From NCBI GenBank assembly GCA_965199495.1, contig CBDASK010000003.1, positions 1,824,001 to 1,888,000 of the forward strand: 64,000 nucleotides of DNA, given 5' to 3'. Shown in pieces: positions 21,244 to 30,715 of this stretch; within the stretch, counting starts at the first letter, position 1, and the number at the start of each line of letters is the position of its first letter. Source of the DNA: Abditibacterium sp. (GTDB lineage Bacteria; Armatimonadota; Abditibacteriia; Abditibacteriales; Abditibacteriaceae). A model generated the notes under the pieces. It worked only from the letters and a program-made list of their open reading frames with translations, ran no database searches and had not been told where the DNA came from. The position numbers were made by a program, and so were the translations under genes.

Positions 21244-22152
21244 TTACCGATTGCGCGTGATATTCACTTTGGCCTCGCGAATATCGTTGCTGCCGACACG
21301 CTTGCCGGTCACACGAACCGTGTCGCCACGACTCAGGCGCTTAGGCGAGTTGTCGGCGTAGACGTTATAGGTGTGACCGTCCACGCGAACGTCGAATTCG
21401 CGGTTATTTTTCACGTCGGTGACTTCGCCCACATAGGTATCGAAGTCGCGCTGATCCTTGGTATCGCCGGGACGCCAGTTGTTGTCGCGGTCTTTGTCGC
21501 GCCAATTGTCGTCGCGGTTTGCATCGCGATAATTCTCGGCGGTGACGCGCGCGCCGCGAATATTGACGCCGCGATCCATCTGGCCATAAATCGTAATCGG
21601 GTCGCCCACGCGCAAATCGCGGGTGGATTCGACCGCGTAAATCTTGTAAATGCGACCATCAATGCGCGCGTTGAACTCGTTATTGGGCAGCAAAATTTCG
21701 ACGGTGCCGCGATAGTTGCGCGGCGAACTCTCGTTTCTGTCGCCACGATTATCGTTCCAGTTGTTATTACGGTTGCCATTGCGATCATTATTGATGATCG
21801 AGACATCGGCGCGGCGCAACTCGTTATTGCCGGTAATTTGTCCCGAAACGCGCACCGTGTCGCCGACGCTGAGCGCGCGCGGCAATGACGACTGCGTAGT
21901 GACATTGTAAGTCCGATTGCCTACGCGCACATCGAAACGGTTGCCGGCGCGCACGTTCGTCACAACTCCAGTGAACGAGTCATCGCGGTCGGTATTGCGA
22001 TAATCGTCGCGATTGCGGCGGTCATTTTGCGAAGCGCGCGGATTGGGATCGGGCGCGGCAGTAGCAGTGGTAGTTACGAGGGGCGCACCGACCAAAGCGG
22101 CCAGCAATGCGATCTCCCAAACTCTGTTGGATTTGGTATCGAAATTTTTCAT
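21244..22152 (-). CDS. secreted protein with three beta-rich repeat domains (third paralog)
   Basis: Start taken at MKNFDTK; hydrophobic signal; three repeats separated by N/D/R-rich linkers; ends ITRNR. Confidence 0.75.
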   Translation of the reverse strand: MKNFDTKSNRVWEIALLAALVGAPLVTTTATAAPDPNPRASQNDRRNRDDYRNTDRDDSFTGVVTNVRAGNRFDVRVGNRTYNVTTQSSLPRALSVGDTVRVSGQITGNNELRRADVSIINNDRNGNRNNNWNDNRGDRNESSPRNYRGTVEILLPNNEFNARIDGRIYKIYAVESTRDLRVGDPITIYGQMDRGVNIRGARVTAENYRDANRDDNWRDKDRDNNWRPGDTKDQRDFDTYVGEVTDVKNNREFDVRVDGHTYNVYADNSPKRLSRGDTVRVTGKRVGSNDIREAKVNITRNR

Positions 22153-22176
22153 GGTTGAACTTCCTGATGAGTGAAA

Positions 22177-22205
22177 TTCGACGCGAAAAATCTGGCGGTT
22201 GTTCA
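22177..22205 (-). promoter_or_regulatory. putative ECF-sigma promoter
   Basis: TGAAC-N18-GTCGAA upstream of 22152. Confidence 0.5.
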
Positions 22206-22228
22206 ACAAATTAACTTCCAACAAAGTT

Positions 22229-24931
22229 TCATTCGCCGCGTTCGCCGCCGCTTTGCTGAATCAGTTTGGCGACCAGAGCCGTCCAACCGGTTTGGTGCAT
22301 CGCGCCCAATCCGGCGCCATCGTCGCCATTGAAATACTCGAAAAACCAGACGTAATCTTTGAATTGTGGGTCGCTCTGCCACTTTTCTACTTCGCCAAAC
22401 GAAGGACGATTGCCGTTGTCGTCGCGTGTAAACAAGCCGGTCAGGCGCCGCGACAATTCACCAGCCACGTCCCACAGATTCATTTGTCGGCCACTGCCGC
22501 TTGGACATTCGATCTGGAAATTATCGCCGTAAAAGAAATCGAATTTTTGCAGCGATTCGATGAGCAAATAGTTAATCGGCATCCAAATCGGGCCGCGCCA
22601 ATTCGAGTTGCCGCCAAATAGCGTTGTCGTCGAGGCGCCCGGTTCGTAATCGAGCGAAAACGTGTGACCGTCCAACTGCAAATAAACCGGATGGTCGCGG
22701 TGATATTGCGAGACAGAACGCAAACCGTGCGGCGACAAAAACTCGTCGGTCGAAAGCATGCGCGACAAAATGCGACGCAAACGATTTTCGTCAACAACAG
22801 CGAATAGATGACGCTGCGCCTGTCCTTGCTTATGCAGCGACGCCGCGTTTTTGGTTAAATCGGGGCGATGCTGCAAAAACCAGTTCAAGCGCCCGGCGAA
22901 CGACGGCAACTTTTCCAACGTTTCGCTCGACAAAGTTTCGACGGCCAACAACGGCAACAATCCAACCAGCGAACGCGTTTTGAGAAACTCGGCCCCTCCA
23001 TCGGGGCGCACTAAAACGTCGTAATAAAAGCCATCGTCTTCGTCCCATAAATCGAAGTTGGCGCCGCCGCTCATACTTTTATTCATGGTTTCGCGCCCAT
23101 TCATGGCGTGCGCGATATAAAAGAAATGCTCCAAAAATTTGGTCGCGACATCTTCATAAACCGGATTATCTACGGCGAGTTCGAGGGCAATCGCCAGCAT
23201 ATTCAGGCAATAGGTCGCCATCCACGCGGTGCCGTCGGCCTGCTCCAAAATCATGCCTGCGGGCAAAGGCGCGCTGCGGTCGAAAATGCCGATATTGTCC
23301 AAACCCAGAAAACCGCCCTGAAACAGATTGCGTCCGTTAGCATCTTTGCGATTGACCCACCACGTAAAATTGAGCAGCAACTTTTGAAAGACACGCTCCA
23401 GAAAATCGGTATCGCCCACGCCGGTGCGCTTGCGCTCGATGCGAAACACGCGAAGCGAAGCCCACGCGTGAACCGGCGGATTGACATCGCCAAAACTCCA
23501 TTCGTAGGCGGGCAACTGGCCGTTGGGGTGCATATACCATTCGCGCCCCAAAAGTAGCAGTTGATCTTTGGCGAAATCGGCGTCAACCAGGGCAATCGGG
23601 ATGCAGTGAAACGCCAAATCCCACGCGGCAAACCACGGATATTCCCACGTATCGGGCATCGAAATGATGTCGTGCGCCGCCAAAGTCGTCCAATGCGCGT
23701 TGCGTCCGTGCCAACGCGTTGCCGGTGGCTGCGGTTGGCCCGGATCGCCTTTGAGCCATTTGCGCACATCGTAATGATAAAACTGCTTGCCCCACATCAG
23801 CCCGGCGAACGCTTGACGCTGCACTAATTTCTCGTCGTCCGAAGCGCCCGGCGGCAATTGCAACGCATAAAATTCGTCGGCCTCTTTTCTACGCGTGGCG
23901 AAGATGTTATCGAACGCCTCGCCAAACGCATCGCTGGGATGAGTGCCGCCGCTTTCCTCCAAATTCGTCAGCCGCATTTTTATCGTCGCCGACTGGCCCG
24001 CTTCGATTTGCAACGAATAATGCGCCGCCATCTTGGTGCCGATTCCGCGCGGACTGACGCATTTTTTGTTGCCTTCTACAACGCAATCGTTGATGCCATC
24101 TTTGGGATACGGCGTGAGGTTATCCGAACCGTAAAGCCGCTTGTTGTTGGTCGCGTTCTCGCAAAATAGCAGTTCGGGGTCTTGATTGATGTTCTCAAAG
24201 AGCAGCGAATATTGTCCCTTCAACAACGGATGCGTCACGTCCACGCGCGTTTCCGTCACCGATTCGACGCGCGCGATTTGCGCGCGATATTCGGGATTGC
24301 CCCAACTCCAAATGTCGCGGCACCACAGCGTCGGCAACAGATGAATCGGCGCGGTTTCCGGGCCACGATTATGCACCGTAATCGAAATTAGAATATCTTC
24401 GGCGCTGGCCTTGGCGTATTCGACGAAAACATCGAAATAGCGGTCTTCGTCCCACACGCCGGTCTCGTGCAGTTCGTATTCGGGCTGACTTTTATCGCGC
24501 GCGGCGTTGCCTTCCAATAATTGCTGATAGGGAAATGCCTGTTGCGGATATTTATAGAGAAACTTCTGATAAGCGTGCGTCGGCGTGTTATCGAGATAAT
24601 AATAGGTCTCTTTGACATCCTCGCCGTGAACGCCCTGATTGCCGGTCAAACCAAACGGGCGCTCTTTGAGAATCGCGTCTTTTTCGTTCCACAACGCGAG
24701 CGAAAAACACAAAAATTGGTTGTCATCGCAGATGCCGCCCAACCCGTCTTCGTTCCAGCGATAGGTTTTGGAGCGCGCCCAATCGTGCGGCAAGTATTCC
24801 CACGCGGTGCCATCGGCGCTGTAATCTTCGCGCACCGTGCCCCACGCGCGCGCCGACAAATACGGCCCCCACTTTTTCCAGGGTTCGCGATTGTCGCGCG
24901 CCAGTTGCAGACGATGTTCTTCGGCGTTCAT
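22229..24931 (-). CDS. GH63 / MGH1-like glucosidase
   Basis: [50 protein letters not shown] and [20 protein letters not shown]; 900 aa. Confidence 0.9.
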   Translation of the reverse strand: MNAEEHRLQLARDNREPWKKWGPYLSARAWGTVREDYSADGTAWEYLPHDWARSKTYRWNEDGLGGICDDNQFLCFSLALWNEKDAILKERPFGLTGNQGVHGEDVKETYYYLDNTPTHAYQKFLYKYPQQAFPYQQLLEGNAARDKSQPEYELHETGVWDEDRYFDVFVEYAKASAEDILISITVHNRGPETAPIHLLPTLWCRDIWSWGNPEYRAQIARVESVTETRVDVTHPLLKGQYSLLFENINQDPELLFCENATNNKRLYGSDNLTPYPKDGINDCVVEGNKKCVSPRGIGTKMAAHYSLQIEAGQSATIKMRLTNLEESGGTHPSDAFGEAFDNIFATRRKEADEFYALQLPPGASDDEKLVQRQAFAGLMWGKQFYHYDVRKWLKGDPGQPQPPATRWHGRNAHWTTLAAHDIISMPDTWEYPWFAAWDLAFHCIPIALVDADFAKDQLLLLGREWYMHPNGQLPAYEWSFGDVNPPVHAWASLRVFRIERKRTGVGDTDFLERVFQKLLLNFTWWVNRKDANGRNLFQGGFLGLDNIGIFDRSAPLPAGMILEQADGTAWMATYCLNMLAIALELAVDNPVYEDVATKFLEHFFYIAHAMNGRETMNKSMSGGANFDLWDEDDGFYYDVLVRPDGGAEFLKTRSLVGLLPLLAVETLSSETLEKLPSFAGRLNWFLQHRPDLTKNAASLHKQGQAQRHLFAVVDENRLRRILSRMLSTDEFLSPHGLRSVSQYHRDHPVYLQLDGHTFSLDYEPGASTTTLFGGNSNWRGPIWMPINYLLIESLQKFDFFYGDNFQIECPSGSGRQMNLWDVAGELSRRLTGLFTRDDNGNRPSFGEVEKWQSDPQFKDYVWFFEYFNGDDGAGLGAMHQTGWTALVAKLIQQSGGERGE

Positions 24932-24938
24932 AATTTTT

Positions 24939-25033
24939 AGGTGACAAGTTTCAAGTGGCAGGTGGCAAGTAATATCCGTTCATCGCGCATTTACCACTTC
25001 AACTCGCCACCTGAAACTTGCCACTTGCCACCT
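24939..25033. repeat. Inverted array of heptamer-like units (GTGGCAA / TTGCCAC)
   Basis: AGGTGACAAGTTTCAAGTGGCAGGTGGCAAGT ... CGCCACCTGAAACTTGCCACTTGCCACCT. Confidence 0.55.
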
Positions 25034-25034
25034 T

Positions 25035-25814
25035 TTAATAAGCCGTCACTTGCTGCGTCAATCCGCCGTCCACGTAGTAGGTGCTGCCGGTCACGTAATC
25101 GGAATCGGACGAGGCCAGAAACGCAGCCACGGCGGCGACTTCTTCGGGCGTGCCGAAGCGGCCCCACGGAATTTCGCCAATCGCGGCGGCTTTGGCTTCG
25201 GGGCTATCCAAAACTTTCTGGTTGATCGGCGTGGCTATCGCGCCCGGCGCGATATTATTCACGTTGATTTTATGCGGCGCCAATTCCATCGCCAAATTGC
25301 GACAAACCATCCTCATACCGCCCTTGGAGGCGCAATACGCCGTGTAACCGGGAAACGGAATATCTTCGTGAACCGACGAGATATTAATGATTTTTCCGCC
25401 GTCGCCCTGCTTGACCATCTGTTGCGCGCCGATCTGCGAAACCACGAAACCGCCATAAAGGTTGACCGCAATCACTTTATTCCATTCGGCGTCGGTGACT
25501 TCGAGGAACGGTTTATTGATTTCGATGCCCGCGTTGTTGACGACGATATCAATGCGCCCAAACTTGGCGATAACATCGGCGAACATCTTTTCGACTTGGT
25601 CGCGCTGCGAAACATCGGCAGCCACGGCGATGCCGGTTTCGCCATAAGTTTTCTCGAAATCGTCCACCTCAGACTGCGAATCAGTGGCGTTCTGATTTAT
25701 CGGCAAGTAATTGACGGCGACGTGCGCGCCTTCCTGCGCGAATTTGGTGGCGATGCCCTTGCCAATGCCCGAATTGGCGCCCGTGATGAGCGCGACTTTA
25801 TCTTTGAGTTTCAT
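25035..25814 (-). CDS. SDR oxidoreductase, glucose 1-dehydrogenase-like
   Basis: TGANSGIG, NNAG, SSVHEDIP, YCASKGG and PGAIATPIN. Confidence 0.9.
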   Translation of the reverse strand: MKLKDKVALITGANSGIGKGIATKFAQEGAHVAVNYLPINQNATDSQSEVDDFEKTYGETGIAVAADVSQRDQVEKMFADVIAKFGRIDIVVNNAGIEINKPFLEVTDAEWNKVIAVNLYGGFVVSQIGAQQMVKQGDGGKIINISSVHEDIPFPGYTAYCASKGGMRMVCRNLAMELAPHKINVNNIAPGAIATPINQKVLDSPEAKAAAIGEIPWGRFGTPEEVAAVAAFLASSDSDYVTGSTYYVDGGLTQQVTAY

Positions 25815-25907
25815 GATTTTTCTCTGTAAATGCAGCGGATACCACAGAGAAAAATTGGTGCCGCCACGCGCTTATAAATTAGGGTTGTGAGGATTCACAC
25901 CTTGAAA

Positions 25908-27431
25908 TCAATCCGCCGTCGCGTCATCCAACAATTCAATCGGATGTTTGATTTGCACTTTCGGCCCGAACTTCTGCGCGCCCAGCATCAATTGCATCGC
26001 GCAACCGGGATTGCCGGTCACGCAAACCGTCGCGCCGGTTTGGCGAATTTTTTCCATTTTGCGTTTCAACAAATCGCTCGCCATTTGCGGTTGCGTGATG
26101 TTGTAAGTGCCCGCCGAACCGCAACACATCTCGCTTTCGGCGAGCGCGATAATTTGCGCGTTTGGCAACAGCGCCAACAGTTCGCGCGGCGGCAGTCGAA
26201 TGCCCTGACCGTGCGCCAAATGACAGGCGTCGTGATAAGTCACCGTCAATTCATTCTTCGGTTTCGGCTGCGGCAACTTCACGTCGTCGGTCAAATTAGA
26301 ATCGGCAGGTTCGGCCAATAATTGTTCATCGGGCGCGCCCGCCGAATCGCCTTCGTTCAGCGTCGCCGCGCCGCCGACGTTGGGCGTAGTTTCGCGCGCG
26401 ACATCCATTTCGCGCGCTTCCAATTTTTGATTTGGTGAAACATTCATTTGCGCGGCCAGCTTCTCTTTATAAGGAGACATCGCCAGCCATTCCGAGACAT
26501 CGCGGACTTTATCGGCCAAACGTTGTGCGCGCGCTTCCCACTCATCATCGCCCTTAAACCAGTGCGGATATTCCTTCAACGCCGAGCCGCAACCCGCCGC
26601 ATTAACGATAAAAGCGTCCCATTCGCCGTGTTCGCGCTGCCAATTTTCAAACGCCACGATATTGGCGCGCGCCAACGATTTCGCGGTTTCCATCGCGCCG
26701 GTGTGCGCGTGCATTGCGCCACAACAATTTTGCGATTTTGGCGCACTTACTTCGCAACCCACGCGCGTCAACACGCGCGCCGTGGCTGCATTGACGTGGG
26801 GCAACATGACGGGCATCACGCAACCAGTCAGCATTCCGACATTCGCGGTTTTCTCGCCCTTCGCCGCCCATTTTTGTGGAAATTTATGGCGTCGGCCCGG
26901 TGCGGGCAAAGGCGGCAACAACATTTCCATATCGCCCAATTGTCCGAACCATTTCATCACGCCCAACTTGCGCATTAACGGCAAAACGCCGGTTTTACGC
27001 AAAACGCGAATCGGAAATAGAAGCGGCTCCAACCGATTCGGATAGGGAAATGTGTTTTCGGCGGCTTTGAGAATCAACGCGTCTTTGCGGCTTTTGCGAA
27101 CGCCGGTTTCGCGCAAATGCGCGCGCGTGCCTTCCAATAAATAGCCGTATTGCACGCCCGAAGGACACGCCGTCTCGCAGCCACGACAACCCAGACAACT
27201 GTCCAAATGCGCGACAACATCGGGCGTGGCTTCGATGCGTTGCTCGAACAACGCGCGCATTAAATAGATGCGACCGCGCGGCGAATCGGCTTCGACGCCG
27301 TTCTCAGCATAAGTCGGGCACTGCGACAGACACAAACCGCAGTGAATGCAATCCATCAAACGCTCATGTTCGATATGCAAATTGGCGATGCCAACTTTGT
27401 GGCGCGGTGTGAGTTCGATGGGTTGCGACAT
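25908..27431 (-). CDS. glcF: glycolate oxidase Fe-S subunit (4Fe-4S plus two CCG domains)
   Basis: CIHCGLCLSQCPTY, DSPRGRI, CLGCRGCETACPSGV, CCGA, YHDACHLAHGQ and CCGSAGTYN. Confidence 0.85.
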   Translation of the reverse strand: MSQPIELTPRHKVGIANLHIEHERLMDCIHCGLCLSQCPTYAENGVEADSPRGRIYLMRALFEQRIEATPDVVAHLDSCLGCRGCETACPSGVQYGYLLEGTRAHLRETGVRKSRKDALILKAAENTFPYPNRLEPLLFPIRVLRKTGVLPLMRKLGVMKWFGQLGDMEMLLPPLPAPGRRHKFPQKWAAKGEKTANVGMLTGCVMPVMLPHVNAATARVLTRVGCEVSAPKSQNCCGAMHAHTGAMETAKSLARANIVAFENWQREHGEWDAFIVNAAGCGSALKEYPHWFKGDDEWEARAQRLADKVRDVSEWLAMSPYKEKLAAQMNVSPNQKLEAREMDVARETTPNVGGAATLNEGDSAGAPDEQLLAEPADSNLTDDVKLPQPKPKNELTVTYHDACHLAHGQGIRLPPRELLALLPNAQIIALAESEMCCGSAGTYNITQPQMASDLLKRKMEKIRQTGATVCVTGNPGCAMQLMLGAQKFGPKVQIKHPIELLDDATAD

Positions 27432-27459
27432 GAACTGTTGAGTTTACGCGACGTTTTGC

Positions 27460-27585
27460 TTTAGCCACAGAGGGCACAGAGAAGCACAGAGAGAACGAAG
27501 AATTTTAGAGGAAAAATCACTCGCTTTCTTCTCTCTTTTGATTTCTTCGTTCTCTCTGTGCTTCTCTGTGCCCTCTGTGGCTAAA
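27460..27585. repeat. Inverted repeat built from CACAGAG units
   Basis: TTTAGCCACAGAGGGCACAGAGAAGCACAGAGAGAACGAAGAA ... TTCTTCGTTCTCTCTGTGCTTCTCTGTGCCCTCTGTGGCTAAA. Confidence 0.85.
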
Positions 27586-27593
27586 ATAAAGAT

Positions 27594-27800
27594 ATGGACG
27601 AATTTGGAATCAACACCGAAAACCCTTACGACTGCGCGTTTTGCGGCGAAGAAAACAGCGTTTTCGTGGACGCGAGCGGCGCACGCGTGCAACAATTCAC
27701 CGAAGATTGCACGATTTGCTGTCGCCCCAATCTGCTGACCATCACCATCGAGCGCGACGATTCGGTTTGGATTGATGTCGAACGTGAATACGATGCTTAA
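27594..27800 (+). CDS. CPXCG-like small cysteine-rich protein
   Basis: CAFCGE and EDCTICCRP motifs; 68 aa. Confidence 0.8.
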   Translation: MDEFGINTENPYDCAFCGEENSVFVDASGARVQQFTEDCTICCRPNLLTITIERDDSVWIDVEREYDA

Positions 27801-28588
27801 TCTTCGGCGATGTAGGCTTCGCGCACGTCGAATGCGATGTTCGAGAGCAAATGGCATTTGTCGCATTTGAAATCAAATTTGCCATGCCACGGTTCTTTTA
27901 GCAACCAGTCGCCGCCGCACTTCGGGCATTTGCGGGCGACTTCCAAATCGATGTTCGCCCCGGTTTGAACATACAAATAGTAATAAACCGGCTGTTTTGT
28001 CGAAGCCGAAATCAAGCGACAAACTTCCAATCCTAATTTGGTGAGCGCGCTGTTTGGTTGCGACATTTGGCGCATTGTCGAACGTTCTAATACCGTGCAA
28101 CCCATTTGTAAAGTGTCACACGCTTTGTAATCAGCTTCCCAACGGCCTAATTTCCAATATTCGCTTTCTTGTTCTGGGCGCACGCGGTATAGCGGCACTG
28201 GCCCGAAACAGAACGCACAACGTAACGGCGACTCAAACGATATAAAAGTGGTGTAAAGCACATAACTGCTGGGCTGAGTGCATTCGCAAGCATCAAGGCT
28301 TTCGAGGTTACGCCCCACGATAATAAATTGTGGCCGCCGACCTCCCACTTTCATAAAGCGAGTGATCAGCATTTCGACAATCGTATCATTGTGCTTCTCG
28401 TGTAGAGCCTCTTCGTCGGGCACAAGGACAAAAGATGCGAACCCCTGCGGAGATTCCAACAAACCATATTCGTTGCTGGAAATTTGTCCACTAAAATACA
28501 TGGCGTCCAAAATGTCCGATGCAATATCTTCTGCCTCATCGTTCTCTTCCGTCGAATCGAAGGGAAATTGAATTTGTGCGACAAACAT
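27797..28588 (-). CDS. Zn-ribbon-containing protein (DUF2310-like)
   Basis: YVLYT, SPLRCxxC..PVPLY, ACDTLQM, YYYLY, CPKCGGDW and FKCDKCHLLSN. Confidence 0.78.
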   Translation of the reverse strand: MFVAQIQFPFDSTEENDEAEDIASDILDAMYFSGQISSNEYGLLESPQGFASFVLVPDEEALHEKHNDTIVEMLITRFMKVGGRRPQFIIVGRNLESLDACECTQPSSYVLYTTFISFESPLRCAFCFGPVPLYRVRPEQESEYWKLGRWEADYKACDTLQMGCTVLERSTMRQMSQPNSALTKLGLEVCRLISASTKQPVYYYLYVQTGANIDLEVARKCPKCGGDWLLKEPWHGKFDFKCDKCHLLSNIAFDVREAYIAED

Positions 28589-28600
28589 AGCGGGCTTAGT

Positions 28601-29575
28601 TTATGCGCACAATTGTTCGAGCCAAAATTTCGTCGTCGCGCCGCGCACGATATGATAAATCGCCGTCTGAGCAGCCACGTCGACGGGATGTTTGGCGGTT
28701 TCCCACAATCGGCCCGATAACGCGAAATGATTGGCGCCGTGAATTACCAATTTTTGCTTCAAACCTTCGGGCGCGTGCCGATAAGTTTCTAATTTCTCGC
28801 GATAACTGCGGCCCCACACGGTTTTATCGCGGTCGCCGGTAATCAGCAAAAATGGCGCAGTTAAAGTTTTCCACACGCTTTTGGGCAGACGTTTGGCGCC
28901 GTGTTCGCCCGAAATTGACAAAACCGCTTTGAAGCGTCGGTCGCGCATCGAAAAGCGACCGTTACGCGCCATCAACTGCGCGCCACCCATCAAGCACGCG
29001 ACGTGCGCGCCATACGAATAGCCGCCGATGCCGATGCGATTCACGTCAATGCGCCCGTCAAAATCGCCGATTTCATCTAATAAACGCGAAATGTCGTTGC
29101 ACCTCGCGCGCCACATTCGCTCTTCGCCCAGAACCAAACCCCAAACGTCCCACGTCGTGCGCCAGTGCGCCCACAAAACCGATCTGGAAACGTGATGATA
29201 ATGGGTGAACGAATCGAAGTGAACCGGCTGCAACACCACAAAGCCGTGGCTGGCCCAGTGATGCGCCAGATCGATATAGCCTGAACCGTCGTCGCCGCCG
29301 CCGCCCGAAAATACAATCGCCGGAAACGGCCCGTCGCCAACCGGAGTAGTCACGCGATAACGCGCCTCGCTGCCTTCGCGAATCGGGAAAAACTCTGAAT
29401 TGACGATGGCGCCATAGCCGCCATCTTCGTAATCATGCGGGCCAGTTGCGGCCAGTGGCTGCAATTCTTCGGGCACGCGTTGCAAGGGCGCCGCGCAGTT
29501 CGTCAGTTCGGGGTAAAAGCGCGCCAGTTGATAGACGACGCGCGCGGTTTGATACCATTCAAAAGGGCCAAGCAC
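28601..29575 (-). CDS. alpha/beta hydrolase
   Basis: HWASHGFVV, GYSYG nucleophile elbow, GDRD and GANHF. Confidence 0.75.
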   Translation of the reverse strand: MLGPFEWYQTARVVYQLARFYPELTNCAAPLQRVPEELQPLAATGPHDYEDGGYGAIVNSEFFPIREGSEARYRVTTPVGDGPFPAIVFSGGGGDDGSGYIDLAHHWASHGFVVLQPVHFDSFTHYHHVSRSVLWAHWRTTWDVWGLVLGEERMWRARCNDISRLLDEIGDFDGRIDVNRIGIGGYSYGAHVACLMGGAQLMARNGRFSMRDRRFKAVLSISGEHGAKRLPKSVWKTLTAPFLLITGDRDKTVWGRSYREKLETYRHAPEGLKQKLVIHGANHFALSGRLWETAKHPVDVAAQTAIYHIVRGATTKFWLEQLCA

Positions 29576-29604
29576 AGGGAAAGTTTAATTTTCGATTTCG
29601 GGGT

Positions 29605-29695
29605 GACGCCGATTTATCGCGCCTAAAACGTTAAGTTCGCTTCGACGTTTAGGAATGCGATACGTTTTAGACGCGATAAATCGGCGTCTCTACGG
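29605..29695. repeat. family A REPIN-like doublet (left arm degenerate)
   Basis: GACGCCGATTTATCGCGCCTAAAACGT ... ACGTTTTAGACGCGATAAATCGGCGTCTCTACGG. Confidence 0.75.
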
Positions 29696-29752
29696 GAGCA
29701 AACGCGCGAAAACCTCACGCCAAACAGCGCGAGGTTTTTTGCGGCTCAAAGT

Positions 29753-30259
29753 TTAATTGTGAGCGTTGCCATTGCTCTCATAGCCGTTGGGATTGTAGCC
29801 GGTTAAAGCCGTCATCTCATCCGCCGAAGGCGCGTCGGGACGCGTGATGCCGGGCGTGTAGGCGGTCACATGAGGAGCCACGGCGCCGGGCAACATCGTG
29901 GTTTCGTTGTTGTATTCGAGGCCGCGACGCAATACGCAGGTCTCGACTTCGGCCAAGCCAAACGCTTCCATCAACAAGTCGCAGGTATAAGCCGGATCGA
30001 ACTCTTTGCACGAGAACACATCAATGGCGACTTCGCCGCGTTCGGGAAAAGTGTGAACCGAGATGTGCGATTCGGCGATCATGACGAAACCGGAAATGCC
30101 CCAATCTTCGGGCGTGACGCCGACATAACGCGTCACAATCGGTGGCATGATTTTCGTCATGTTGATGCGGCCCGGCAAGGTGTCGAGCAGTTCGTAGAGA
30201 GCGGGCAAATCCTGGAGTTTGTGCCAGTCGCCACCGCGACCTTCGATGATGAGATGCAT
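29753..30259 (-). CDS. speD: S-adenosylmethionine decarboxylase proenzyme (pyruvoyl) or a paralogous decarboxylase
   Basis: MHLII start after GGGAGG; GISGFVMIAESHISVHTFPE (E-S self-cleavage site) and DVFSC; ~50-aa extra C-terminal tail. Confidence 0.85.
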   Translation of the reverse strand: MHLIIEGRGGDWHKLQDLPALYELLDTLPGRINMTKIMPPIVTRYVGVTPEDWGISGFVMIAESHISVHTFPERGEVAIDVFSCKEFDPAYTCDLLMEAFGLAEVETCVLRRGLEYNNETTMLPGAVAPHVTAYTPGITRPDAPSADEMTALTGYNPNGYESNGNAHN

Positions 30260-30640
30260 AATATGAGCTGCCTCCCTGGCAGCGTTTGGCCGGGGCATTG
30301 TGACCCCAAAACCGAAAAAAGCCCGACAGTTAGAAATCCAGTGAGCGTGCCCAATTAAGGCGACGTGGCTACAAGTGAGTGAGACAATTGAACTGGATTT
30401 TTTAGGAACCGGGCTGACCTCCTGCGGCAATGAAATTCACAGAGAAGGGGCCGCCCTTCAATTTCTCTGCGGCTTATTGGAGCGTCTTTCGCGGCGAGAC
30501 TTCGTGAAACTGGGCAAAAAAAAGCCACACCGAAATGGAAATGTGTCCATTTGCAACGGGAAATTCCCGGGTGCGACTTAATTGCTGGATTTCATTGAAG
30601 AATCGAACTGCCGTTCCAAACGCTTTTAAGCGGATTTATT
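30260..30640 (-). ncRNA. candidate structured cis-regulatory leader of speD
   Basis: TATAAT at 30643-30638; two stems followed by U-tracts; hairpin over the SD sequence (see findings). Confidence 0.5.
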
Positions 30641-30715
30641 ATACGAATTTTGCGCGCGTTTGGTTGCGATTTTTCGTTGATACTTTGCCAAAAACTGAAC
30701 GCTTGAAAACCCGCC

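Noticed and set aside
30540..30620. Canonical SAM-I riboswitch in the speD leader
   Set aside because: Only AUGAAAUCCAGCAA resembles it; I could not find the AUC..GAG P1/J1-2, kink-turn, GUGC or GAU elements. Kept only as an unclassified structured leader.
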